From an uncultured Candidatus Saccharibacteria bacterium (GTDB taxonomy: Bacteria; Patescibacteriota; Minisyncoccia; UBA6257; 2-01-FULL-56-20), in contig CAYHZA010000004.1 in assembly GCA_964361095.1 (NCBI GenBank), forward strand, positions 2,236 to 66,235: a stretch of 64,000 bases of DNA, given 5' to 3'. A model generated the notes under the pieces. The model saw only the letters and a program-made list of their open reading frames with translations. It did no database searches and was not told where the DNA came from. Within the stretch, counting starts at the first letter, position 1, and every line of letters starts with the position of its first letter. Position numbers and translations under genes: made by a program. Below are positions 1-8,061 of this stretch, in pieces.

Positions 1-339
1 ACTCGTCCTGTTGTTATTCACGAAAATAAGGGTGGCAATTTAGGAATACATCCTTTTTCCACCGCTTTGCGCGCCAACGGCTCATATAACTACGTTACTG
101 TGAATGGCGAACGCCGACTTACTCCGAGGGAGATGTTGCGCTTACAGGGTTATCCGGACACATTCAAAATGGTTGTGCCCGACACGCAGGTTAGGAAACA
201 GGCTGGCAATAGCGTAGTTATTCCAAAGATTGAAGCCGTTGCACAAGCAATGGTTCAAGCAATGAGCCAAAAACCGCAACGCAAGCCGGTTCAGTCCGAT
301 TTATTCGCAACAGAAGAAAAAATATATGCGCACAAATAA
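1..339 (+). CDS. DNA (cytosine-5)-methyltransferase, C-terminal fragment (5' end lies outside window)
   Basis: Frame 1 is open from nt 1 with no stop. The translation ...GERRLTPREMLRLQGYPDTF...QAGNSVVIP carries the C-terminal C5-MTase motifs (R-x-T-x-RE-x-x-RLQGFPD and Q-x-GNSV). Confidence 0.8.
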   Translation, partial: TRPVVIHENKGGNLGIHPFSTALRANGSYNYVTVNGERRLTPREMLRLQGYPDTFKMVVPDTQVRKQAGNSVVIPKIEAVAQAMVQAMSQKPQRKPVQSDLFATEEKIYAHK

Positions 340-1396
340 TAACTTATCAAAGAAAGCGTTGGATTTGGTAATTCGCAAATCGCGCGTTCATTTGTATAAA
401 CCAATCCAGATTGCCGAAATTTTACATCATCACAGAACAGAACGCGGTTTGGATTTAAGCGATTTGCAAGCATATCGCAATATTTCCAAGCGTTGGCGTG
501 ATGAAGTGTCTTTGCTTTTGGTTGGACGACGAAGCACCTCAAGTCAAAAGTATCAAGACAATGTTTTTGAAGCCAACGCCATGCCGCCCGAACTGCTTGC
601 AAAACTCGGCGAGATAAACAAGAAAAGCAAAGGGGTCGTTGAGGCATACATCTACAAAGCTTTAGAAGCGCGTCTCTCGTCCGTTCGAGAAGTTGAAGAT
701 TATATAAGAAAATCAACACCGGACACTTTTGATCTCAAAAAGCTAGTTTCTATTTTCCAAACTACGCCGGGTTTACGTCGTAGCGTAGATAAAATGTACG
801 AAATTTTGATTTATGCTCTTTTTACGACAATCGTCCGCGCGTTGAAAGCGCAAGTAACTTTGGAAATTGGAAATAAAGACAAAGAAATTTTGAAGGACTT
901 TGAACGATTTATAAAAATGGTTCTTGGTATTGACGCAAAACAAACACGACTTGTTTCGCCCGCAGCACTGTATCGCGTTGGCGTTACAAATGCCTCGGAT
1001 AGAGGTTTGGACATCTGGGCTAACTTTGGCCCGGCAATTCAAGTTAAACACCTTACTCTTACGCCGGAACTTATGGAGGACATCGCAGGCGACATAACTT
1101 CCGACAGAATTGTGATTGTTTGTATTGATACCGAGCGAGAAACGATTGAGGCATTGCTCAAACAAGTCGGGTGGAGCGAACGAATACAGGGCGTCATTAC
1201 CATTAACGACTTGGATGATTGGTACAAACTTTGTTTGAGCAAAAAATACAGAGCTAATCTCGACGCAAAATTATTGCAAGATGTAGGACGAGAATTTGCC
1301 GCGGAATTTCCGTCAAGCAAAGAAATCGCGCCGTTTATGGCAAAACGTGGGTATGACAAAATCGTCATGCCCCCTGATTGGCAAATTCAAATCTAA
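326..1396 (+). CDS. putative type II restriction endonuclease (uncharacterised family)
   Basis: 356-aa ORF overlapping the MTase 3' end by 14 nt and followed 8 nt later by vsr. The MTase-REase-Vsr gene order is typical of m5C restriction-modification systems. No catalytic motif was recognised by eye. Confidence 0.4.
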   Translation: MRTNNNLSKKALDLVIRKSRVHLYKPIQIAEILHHHRTERGLDLSDLQAYRNISKRWRDEVSLLLVGRRSTSSQKYQDNVFEANAMPPELLAKLGEINKKSKGVVEAYIYKALEARLSSVREVEDYIRKSTPDTFDLKKLVSIFQTTPGLRRSVDKMYEILIYALFTTIVRALKAQVTLEIGNKDKEILKDFERFIKMVLGIDAKQTRLVSPAALYRVGVTNASDRGLDIWANFGPAIQVKHLTLTPELMEDIAGDITSDRIVIVCIDTERETIEALLKQVGWSERIQGVITINDLDDWYKLCLSKKYRANLDAKLLQDVGREFAAEFPSSKEIAPFMAKRGYDKIVMPPDWQIQI

Positions 1397-1403
1397 CGTA
1401 TGT

Positions 1404-1805
1404 ATGGACACTGTTTCAAAACAAAAGCGAAGCGAAATAATGTCTCGGATAAAAAGCCGAGACAGCAAAATTGAGACACTCTTTCGCAAAGAACTTTGGA
1501 AATTAGGATTTCGTTATCGCAAAAACTCTGGCAAATATTTTGGGAAGCCGGATATTGTTTTAAAACAACACAAAACCGTCGTTTTTATTGATTCCTGTTT
1601 CTGGCATGGTTGCAAAAGACATTGTCGCATTCCGACTGTTCGTAAAAGTTACTGGACGCAGAAAATCGCACGGAATGTAACGAGGGATAAGGAGGTTACA
1701 AAGCACTATAAGAAGCGGGGGTGGAAAATTTTTAGAATTTGGGAGCACAAATTAACAATGGGAATGCCAAAAGTGCTAAAAATTGTCCAATCCGAGCTCA
1801 AGTAG
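1404..1805 (+). CDS. vsr: very short patch repair (Vsr) endonuclease
   Basis: Motif FIDSCFWHGC, the signature Vsr F-x-D-G-C-F-W-H-x-H/C region. The ATG at 1404 follows the upstream stop at 1394-1396, giving a ~133-aa product. Confidence 0.85.
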   Translation: MDTVSKQKRSEIMSRIKSRDSKIETLFRKELWKLGFRYRKNSGKYFGKPDIVLKQHKTVVFIDSCFWHGCKRHCRIPTVRKSYWTQKIARNVTRDKEVTKHYKKRGWKIFRIWEHKLTMGMPKVLKIVQSELK

Positions 1806-1861
1806 CTTATCCAAAGCGAAAAGTCCTTGACTCCACAAAGATTGTGGAGTAGTATTGAAAT

Positions 1862-2461
1862 ATGACGAAGAATCAGGAAAATCTCATACGCTTTATAGCC
1901 GACTACAGGGTTAAGTACGGTGCCTCGCCTACGCTTCAGGAAATGGTGGCAGGCATTCATGTTTCTGACCATAAATCTGTAAGCGGCATTATTTCCGCCC
2001 TTACAAAACAAGGATTTTTAGAGAAAGGCAAGCAAAAAACCAGGTCGATTCTCTTGACCGATAAGGCATTTGAGTTGCTTGGTATTCCGCTTTTCCGTCG
2101 TCAACAACTGGAAGAATTTAACTACTCCTTCCGACAAATGTCGCCTGCCAGCAGTGGCCTAATTACCTCTCCCACTCCAGATTATATAAGGCACGGCGAA
2201 CAGTCTATAAAAACTGATATAAAAACTGACGGGACAAATTTAACTAATGATTTACGAACAGTCGTAGGAAATACTGTGGCCGGTATTGCAACCAAAATAT
2301 ATGCGAATGAAGAAGCGGGAGCAATTTTTAGCTGGGCATTGCTACTGGGCGGGCTAACCTGGGCAAACACCGGCATAATCGGAAACGGAACGAGTGCCCT
2401 TATTTGGACAGCAGTCGAAGCCGTAATAATCAAATTTTTAAGTAAAAAAATAACACTATGA
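1862..2461 (+). CDS. LexA-type winged-helix DNA-binding protein without S24 peptidase domain
   Basis: The N-terminal ~75 aa (NLIRFIADYRVKYGASPTLQEMVAGIHVSDHKSVSGIISALTKQGFLEKGKQKTRSILLT) align to the LexA N-terminal DNA-binding domain. The C-terminal ~90 aa is Gly/Ala-rich and hydrophobic (WALLLGGLTWANTGIIGNG) and has no Ser-Lys peptidase motifs. The stop overlaps the next start as ATGA. Confidence 0.6.
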   Translation: MTKNQENLIRFIADYRVKYGASPTLQEMVAGIHVSDHKSVSGIISALTKQGFLEKGKQKTRSILLTDKAFELLGIPLFRRQQLEEFNYSFRQMSPASSGLITSPTPDYIRHGEQSIKTDIKTDGTNLTNDLRTVVGNTVAGIATKIYANEEAGAIFSWALLLGGLTWANTGIIGNGTSALIWTAVEAVIIKFLSKKITL

Positions 2462-3411
2462 GTCTTGGAATTAACACGACAACGCCGGAAGGAATCGTTT
2501 TAGCCGCCGACAGTCGGCAGTCATATCGTAACCAAAAAGGTATGAGCAGAATCGGCTCCGATTCTGCGTCAAAAGTTTTCAAGATAAATGACAGGGCGGG
2601 TTTGATAGTTGCGGGGCTAGCATTTTTGCCGGAAAATGGCGTCTTGAAAAACATCAGCAGGTTTGTGGAAGAATTTAAGAAAAGTATTGAGACTGAAAAA
2701 ATAACAATCCTAGAAACCGCCCAAAAATTGAAAGATTTTTTTGAAGAAAAATATCAATACAAAGACCAGCTAAAAATTCTCCCTAATCAAATAAAAGCGG
2801 ATTTGGAACGACAAGGCTGTCAAATAATAGAGATTAAAGAAGAAAGCGGTCATGTTAAGTTTAAGTTTAAGGATCCTAAGGGAATTCAAAAAGAAGGGAT
2901 AGCGGGCGTAGAGCAGTTGCAGTTTATTGTCGCCGGTTACAATCAAGATAAATCGCATCAAGTTGCGATGGTGTATATTCCTGGCAATGTTGAGCTCAAG
3001 AGAGATAGCGCAAAGCGAGGGCAAGAATATGGTGCCAGTTGGATAGGTCAGATTGATGTGGTATCAAGAATCGTTCTTGGTTTTGATGGACGTATTGGCA
3101 ATTTGCCGGCCATGCAAAAAATGGCTTCCGATATGGGTGCCCAAGAGGTTCAAAAACAATTGAGGAGTTTGGAATACGTCATTCAGTGGGGAACCATGAC
3201 TTTGCAGGACGGTATTGATTTTAGTACATTAGCAATCGGAACAACTACGGCCATTCAAAGATTTTCTGATGGTATCGCGGGCGACCCTGGCGATATGCCT
3301 GGCGTAGGTGGCTCGATTGACGTTGCCGTTATAACGCCGGAAAAGGGATTTGTATGGATTGCAAAGAAAAATTTGAAAGTTGGAGATAAAGAGGTAGATT
3401 TAGAAAAATAG
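2458..3411 (+). CDS. proteasome-beta-like Ntn-hydrolase family protein
   Basis: N-terminus GINTTTPEGIVLAADSRQS...SKVFKINDRAGLIVAG resembles the proteasome/HslV beta-subunit active-site region (Thr nucleophile, AADxR, K-x-x-x-I-x-D...AG). At 317 aa it is longer than canonical beta subunits. Confidence 0.5.
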   Translation: MSLGINTTTPEGIVLAADSRQSYRNQKGMSRIGSDSASKVFKINDRAGLIVAGLAFLPENGVLKNISRFVEEFKKSIETEKITILETAQKLKDFFEEKYQYKDQLKILPNQIKADLERQGCQIIEIKEESGHVKFKFKDPKGIQKEGIAGVEQLQFIVAGYNQDKSHQVAMVYIPGNVELKRDSAKRGQEYGASWIGQIDVVSRIVLGFDGRIGNLPAMQKMASDMGAQEVQKQLRSLEYVIQWGTMTLQDGIDFSTLAIGTTTAIQRFSDGIAGDPGDMPGVGGSIDVAVITPEKGFVWIAKKNLKVGDKEVDLEK

Positions 3412-3541
3412 CCGCCGCCAAAAATCCCGTTCGTCCGAGCGAGGGTGCGGCGGAAAAAAAGGGGGGGTGAGGGGGCAGCTTCCTTAGTTCCGCTCAAAGA
3501 ATGCTCGAGCGAAGTTGTATAATTCTACGATATTAAATAAA

Positions 3542-3570
3542 TTGACAAAAACAATGAATCAGCTACAATA
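3542..3570 (+). promoter_or_regulatory. sigma70-like promoter (TTGACA-N16-TACAAT) driving the riboswitch
   Basis: TTGACA at 3542-3547 and TACAAT at 3564-3569. Confidence 0.5.
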
Positions 3571-3589
3571 AACTTACAACTGAATAAGC

Positions 3590-3695
3590 AGTTATCAAGA
3601 GCGTGGCGAGAGCAACTGGCTCAATGACCCACCGGCAACCCTCGGAAACGAGAAGGTGCCAAATCCAGCCCCAACAGGGGAAAGATGATAGTCGT
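3590..3695 (+). ncRNA. SAM-I (S-box) riboswitch aptamer
   Basis: UUAUCAAGAG...GUGGCGAGAGCAACUGGCUCAAUGACCCACC...GGCAACC-cucgGAAAcgag-GGUGCCAAAUCCAGCcccaacagggGAAAGAUGAUAG matches the S-box consensus P1-P4, including the GNRA-capped P3 and the AAAUCC and AGAUGA elements. Confidence 0.7.
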
Positions 3696-3697
3696 TA

Positions 3698-3731
3698 CTC
3701 TTTCCTATGTTTCGGAAGGAGTTTTTTATTT
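3698..3731 (+). terminator. riboswitch expression-platform intrinsic terminator
   Basis: Stem CTCTTTCC/GGAAGGAG with an 8-nt loop, followed by TTTTTTATTTAT. Confidence 0.6.
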
Positions 3732-3748
3732 ATAGGCGAATAAATAAA

Positions 3749-4000
3749 ATGATCGAAATTTCAGAAAAAGATATAGATAAATACAAGTTCATAGGTAGCG
3801 CAGGGGGCTTCTCTTTGGGGTTTTGTGTTTACCTTGCACACAGGCACACACCGAACTTTTTTAATCGTGTAGTCGGCTATCGCATTGAAGAGCGTGGCAT
3901 CGGCGAAATGATGAGCGAAGCTGCTCGAAAAGTAGGACTTCCCAAAGAAAAGCAGAAGTATATAACCATCAGTTTCTACGAGGAGAAAACTATTAACTAA
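3749..4000 (+). CDS. hypothetical protein (riboswitch-controlled)
   Basis: ORF 3707-4000 trimmed to the first ATG after the terminator. No recognisable motifs. Confidence 0.35.
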   Translation: MIEISEKDIDKYKFIGSAGGFSLGFCVYLAHRHTPNFFNRVVGYRIEERGIGEMMSEAARKVGLPKEKQKYITISFYEEKTIN

Positions 4001-4009
4001 AACAAATTT

Positions 4010-4402
4010 ATGAACAACCACGACTTTATCAGTTTCGTGCCATATCCGCTAGAGATAAAGGAGCGGCCAGAGTTAGATGTTTTTCCGTTGAATGTTCTAT
4101 TTGCTAAACTCGGAATAAGGAACGGTAAAAATGCCATGGGTACCGCCTTATATGAGCCAAACTTGGAATCGTTTAAACGAGAGGAAAATAAATGTTCTAT
4201 AGAGTATTACAATATTCATGGGGGCAAGAGCCGGCTGGTAATTGAGTACGATATGCTGAGGAAAAGTTATCATGGCGAAAAAGTAGTAAATGGAGAATTG
4301 GCAGGGATGGCTTCCGGTCCAGAATGGAAGATGTTTTTCGTCCACTTCACGATGTTGGGATTAACTAAAGGGGAGATGTGTGAATTTGAAGATATTGGTT
4401 AA
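4010..4402 (+). CDS. hypothetical protein (riboswitch-controlled)
   Basis: 130-aa ORF 9 nt after the preceding stop, same strand, no intervening terminator. No recognisable motifs. Confidence 0.4.
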   Translation: MNNHDFISFVPYPLEIKERPELDVFPLNVLFAKLGIRNGKNAMGTALYEPNLESFKREENKCSIEYYNIHGGKSRLVIEYDMLRKSYHGEKVVNGELAGMASGPEWKMFFVHFTMLGLTKGEMCEFEDIG

Positions 4403-4447
4403 TTTTGATAATCTATTTTTATTATCCACGCCCCCATTTTTCCACCC

Positions 4448-5074
4448 ATGACCAAAAAGGAACTTTTGGAACAATTAGAAAAAGAAATAGCCGCGGATGT
4501 CTCGCTTCAGCTTCGGGAGTCAAATTTGGTTTTTGGCGAGGGGAATCCCGATTGCGATGTTTTGTTTATTGGTGAAGCCCCGGGATTTCACGAAAACCAA
4601 CTGAAGCGTCCCTTCGTCGGACGTGGCGGCCAACTGCTCGATCAATGCATCACAATGATCGGCTGGAAGCGCGAGGATGTTTACATTACAAATATTGTGA
4701 AGCGCCGCCCGCCGGAGAATCGCGACCCCTTGCCGGAGGAAATTGAATCCTATAAGCCCTACCTCACGCGGCAGATAGAAATTATCGATCCCAAGGTAAT
4801 CGTACCCCTCGGACGTTTCGCGATGAATTATTTTCTGCCGGAGGCAAAGATTTCGCGTGATCAGGGCACGGCCTTTCGCGTGGACGGGCGTCTTGTGGTG
4901 CCGGTTTTCCATCCCGCCGCCGCGCTCCGAGGAACGGGGGTCTTAAATGAGTTCAAAGAAAGCTTCAAAAAGCTTCCGAAGATTATTTCAGGAGATGGTT
5001 TGCCCAAAGAAATCGCACCGGCGTTTCCCGCATCGCGCAAGGATAATCCTCCGCCCCAGGCGAAGCTTTTTTGA
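4448..5074 (+). CDS. uracil-DNA glycosylase, family 4
   Basis: GEGNPDCDVLFIGEAPGFHENQLKRPFVGRGGQLL matches the family-4 UDG motifs (GE-G-x-x-A-x-x-M-x-V-GEAPG, PFVG-x-AG-x-LL). HPAA near the C-terminus matches the H-P-S motif region. Confidence 0.85.
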   Translation: MTKKELLEQLEKEIAADVSLQLRESNLVFGEGNPDCDVLFIGEAPGFHENQLKRPFVGRGGQLLDQCITMIGWKREDVYITNIVKRRPPENRDPLPEEIESYKPYLTRQIEIIDPKVIVPLGRFAMNYFLPEAKISRDQGTAFRVDGRLVVPVFHPAAALRGTGVLNEFKESFKKLPKIISGDGLPKEIAPAFPASRKDNPPPQAKLF

Positions 5075-5125
5075 TTCGTCTTTTTCTCCTTCGCTTCGGG
5101 GTTTTTCAGATGTATAATAGAGGGA

Positions 5126-5500
5126 ATGAATTTCGCTCCAACGTATTTGCTCGGCCGCTTCTTCTATCGAATTTACGATTTTCTGCATCATTGGTATTTT
5201 GACGGTTCTCGGGCGTTCTTCCACCGTTTTGTGGCCGTTCTCGAGGTATTTGAACGGATCTTCGCGGTAGGAATGACGGCAAGATTTTTTTTCCATCCGC
5301 TCTATGGAGATTACACCTTGGTCGGAAGAATTTTGGGTTTTATTTTCCGGTCGTGCCGCATCGCAATCGGTCTTTTTGTGTACATAATCCTTCTCGCGAT
5401 CTTTCTTTTCCTGTACGCGATTTGGCTTTCGTTCCCCGCCATCCTTGTTTTTTATGCCGTTTTGAACTTTGTTAAGCCTTCATCACTCCCCGTCTTATAG
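5126..5500 (+). CDS. hypothetical membrane protein
   Basis: 124-aa ORF with a hydrophobic C-terminal half, ending 18 nt before the Clp-like gene. It competes with an antisense ORF, so the call is weak. Confidence 0.3.
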   Translation: MNFAPTYLLGRFFYRIYDFLHHWYFDGSRAFFHRFVAVLEVFERIFAVGMTARFFFHPLYGDYTLVGRILGFIFRSCRIAIGLFVYIILLAIFLFLYAIWLSFPAILVFYAVLNFVKPSSLPVL

Positions 5501-5517
5501 ATTATGTACCTATCGCT

Positions 5518-8046
5518 ATGACGCCTAAAACATACGAACTGTACTTTGATGATCCACGTCTTCGGATGACGATTGGGGGCAGGTTTCTCGTACGGGTCGT
5601 AAGTTACGTATCTTATTTATTTATCGTTGCCGCATTTTTCACGCTCTTTTTTTCGGGGATTCGCCCGCTTCAGTCTTTAGGCGCCTTGATCGCGCTTTTT
5701 TTGATCGACTACTTCCTCCATTTCCGGGAAGCCGATAGTCATCTCACCGAGCTTCCTTCCGGGGAGGCTTTGGTGAACGCGGCGCGGTATCTTTCGCCTG
5801 CCGCTTTTTCGCACATTGAGCACGCGTACCAGAGAAGCTCGTTCTCTCGTGGAAATTTTTTTGTAGAACTCGCGGTGCAGCTTTTGGGCGTACGCGAGAT
5901 CCGTGAAGGAATCAATCGTCTTGATGTGAAGCCCACTGAGTTCAAAGAAAAGGCGGAAGAACTTCTCCGCGCTGAAGACAATCGGGAGAAGATCACCAAA
6001 GACGAACGGCGGGCGAAGGTTGCGCTTCTCGGCACGCGCGCGTTTACGCAGGCGCTTCGGAGCGAGCGTCGGTTTGTCGGGATCTCTGATGTATTCTCCG
6101 CGCTTTCGCTGGTCGGAGATCCTTTGATCGATCGGCTTTTTAATGTTTTTGCGATCGAGAGCGGGGATTTGGAGCGCGCTTTGATTTTAAGCGCAGAACG
6201 GAAGCCCTTTGGCATTTTTTTCCGGCTTCCCAGAACGATAGGAAGTTTTATTTTTGAATCGTACCGTTCCTCGCGTCACCGCGTAGTGAATCGCGCGTGG
6301 ACATCCCGCCCGACTCCCACGCTTGACCAGTTCAGCACGGACTTCACCGATCTCGCGCGTCGCGGGGAGATTGGGTTTTTAATTGGGCACAAGGCGGAAT
6401 ACGAGCGCATGACGGATGTGCTCTCGCGCGCGACGAATCCGAATGCGCTTCTCGTGGGAGAGGTGGGGGTCGGGAAAGAAACCATGATCGCTCATCTCGC
6501 GCTTGATCTTGTAAAAGACAGGGTACCTGCCGCGCTTTTTGATAAGCGGCTTGTGGGGTTGCATCTGGGAACGCTTGTTGCCGGCGCTCCGCCGGACGAG
6601 CTCCAGAAGCGGCTTACGCGGATTGTCCAAGAGATCTCGCTTGCCGGCAATGTGATTCTTTATATTCAAGATATTCACAATCTGGTTAAAACTTCGGGTT
6701 CCGCCTATCTTTCCGCCGCGGATGCTCTGATGCCCATTATTATGAACAGTGCTTTTCCCGTTGTGGGGACGACGTATCCGAGGGAGTTCAAAGAGTTTCT
6801 CGAACCGAGGACGGATGTCGCGGGAGTGTTCGAAGTCTTGAACGTCAACGAGCTTTCCGAAGGAGAGGCCGAAGAGGTACTTGCCTATGAGACGCTTCTT
6901 ATGGAGAAAAAGGCGAATGTTATCGTGAGTTTCGGAGCGATCAAGCAAGCGGTATCTCTCGCGAAAAAATATTTCCGCGCGAAGCTCTTGCCCTCGAGCG
7001 CCGAAGAACTTTTGCGGGACGCGGTAAGCGAGGCGGCGCGGCGCGGGGAGAATACCGTGAACGCGGAGAGCGTCATCCGCGTTGCCGAGACGAAGGTAAA
7101 TATTCCGCTTCATACTGCAGACGCCACCGAAGCGGACACGCTTTTGAATATGGAAGCGATCATCCATAAGCGTTTTGTGGATCAAGACGAGGCGGTAACC
7201 GCCGTTTCGAACGCGCTTAAGGAATATCGCAGTGGTCTGAGCCGTTCCGGAGGTCCCATCGCCACCTTTCTTTTTGTGGGTCCCACGGGAGTCGGAAAAA
7301 CCGAACTCTCAAAAGTTCTTGCCGAGATCCAATTCGGCTCCGAAAAAGCAATGGTTCGTTTTGACATGTCCGAATACCAAGAGAAGGAAAGCATCAACCG
7401 CTTTATCGGATCCTCGGGCGGGCAAACAACGGGCGCGTTGACCGACGCGATTACCGCGCATCCCTACGCCCTCGTTCTTCTCGATGAATTCGAAAAGGCG
7501 CATCCCGATATCCTTAATCTTTTTCTTCAGGTGTTTGATGACGGGCGCCTTACCGACAGTTTGAATCGGACGGTTGATTTTTCGAATACTATCATCGTCG
7601 CGACTTCGAACGCGCATTCCGATATTATCGTACGCGCCATCGAAGAGGGACAGGCGATCGGCGATATCGCCGAATATTTAAAAAAACGCCTGCTGGATGT
7701 TTTTAAGCCGGAACTTTTGAATCGTTTCACGAAGATCATTGTCTTTAAAAACCTCGGTCCGGCGGAACTCGTGAAGATTTCCGAACTGAACCTCCGTTCG
7801 TTCGCGGCGCTTCTTGCGAGGAAGGGCATCGTCTTTGCTTTCGAAGAAGAAGTAGTGCGGAAGATCGCTTCGTTGGGATTCGATCCGGTATTTGGCGCCC
7901 GACCGCTCCGCAGAGTTCTTGAGGAAAAAATTCGTGTTCCGCTCGCGGAAAAGATTTTGCGCAAAGAGGTACGGCGCGGGGAGGGGGTGAGGGCGGTTCT
8001 CAAGGCGGGCGAGATAGTGCTCGTGACCGAAGCGGGCGGTGTGTAG
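5518..8046 (+). CDS. Clp-family double-AAA+ ATPase (ClpA/ClpC-like) with N-terminal membrane anchor
   Basis: The D2 Walker A is FLFVGPTGVGKTEL and Walker B is LLDEFEKAH, with the C-terminal GARPLRRVLEEKI motif. D1 has GEVGVGKETMI and YIQDIHNL. The N-terminal ~70 aa are hydrophobic rather than a Clp_N domain. Confidence 0.8.
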   Translation: MTPKTYELYFDDPRLRMTIGGRFLVRVVSYVSYLFIVAAFFTLFFSGIRPLQSLGALIALFLIDYFLHFREADSHLTELPSGEALVNAARYLSPAAFSHIEHAYQRSSFSRGNFFVELAVQLLGVREIREGINRLDVKPTEFKEKAEELLRAEDNREKITKDERRAKVALLGTRAFTQALRSERRFVGISDVFSALSLVGDPLIDRLFNVFAIESGDLERALILSAERKPFGIFFRLPRTIGSFIFESYRSSRHRVVNRAWTSRPTPTLDQFSTDFTDLARRGEIGFLIGHKAEYERMTDVLSRATNPNALLVGEVGVGKETMIAHLALDLVKDRVPAALFDKRLVGLHLGTLVAGAPPDELQKRLTRIVQEISLAGNVILYIQDIHNLVKTSGSAYLSAADALMPIIMNSAFPVVGTTYPREFKEFLEPRTDVAGVFEVLNVNELSEGEAEEVLAYETLLMEKKANVIVSFGAIKQAVSLAKKYFRAKLLPSSAEELLRDAVSEAARRGENTVNAESVIRVAETKVNIPLHTADATEADTLLNMEAIIHKRFVDQDEAVTAVSNALKEYRSGLSRSGGPIATFLFVGPTGVGKTELSKVLAEIQFGSEKAMVRFDMSEYQEKESINRFIGSSGGQTTGALTDAITAHPYALVLLDEFEKAHPDILNLFLQVFDDGRLTDSLNRTVDFSNTIIVATSNAHSDIIVRAIEEGQAIGDIAEYLKKRLLDVFKPELLNRFTKIIVFKNLGPAELVKISELNLRSFAALLARKGIVFAFEEEVVRKIASLGFDPVFGARPLRRVLEEKIRVPLAEKILRKEVRRGEGVRAVLKAGEIVLVTEAGGV

Positions 8047-8061
8047 TAGAATAAGAAATAT

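Noticed and set aside
291-719. 142-aa minus-strand ORF
   Set aside because: It is antisense to the well-supported methyltransferase and endonuclease reading frames and has no motifs. It is a shadow ORF.
3411-3465. Hairpin CCGCCGC-N26-GCGGCGG followed by an A7G7 run
   Set aside because: It has no U-tract on either strand and a large loop. It is not a convincing intrinsic terminator, and the G7/A7 homopolymers may be low-complexity spacer.
4988-5296. 102-aa minus-strand ORF overlapping the UDG 3' end and the 5126-5500 plus-strand ORF
   Set aside because: It cannot coexist with the plus-strand ORF. The plus-strand ORF fits operon context with the Clp-like gene, but neither has supporting motifs. 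Both should be treated as uncertain.
6379-7185. 268-aa minus-strand ORF (also 5739-6215, 7527-8249 and 8119-8694)
   Set aside because: These lie entirely inside the Clp-like ATPase gene, which has clear Walker and ClpB_D2 motifs on the plus strand, or inside the adjacent membrane-protein gene. The proteins are Arg/Ser-rich and low-complexity, typical of antisense frames in GC-rich coding DNA.
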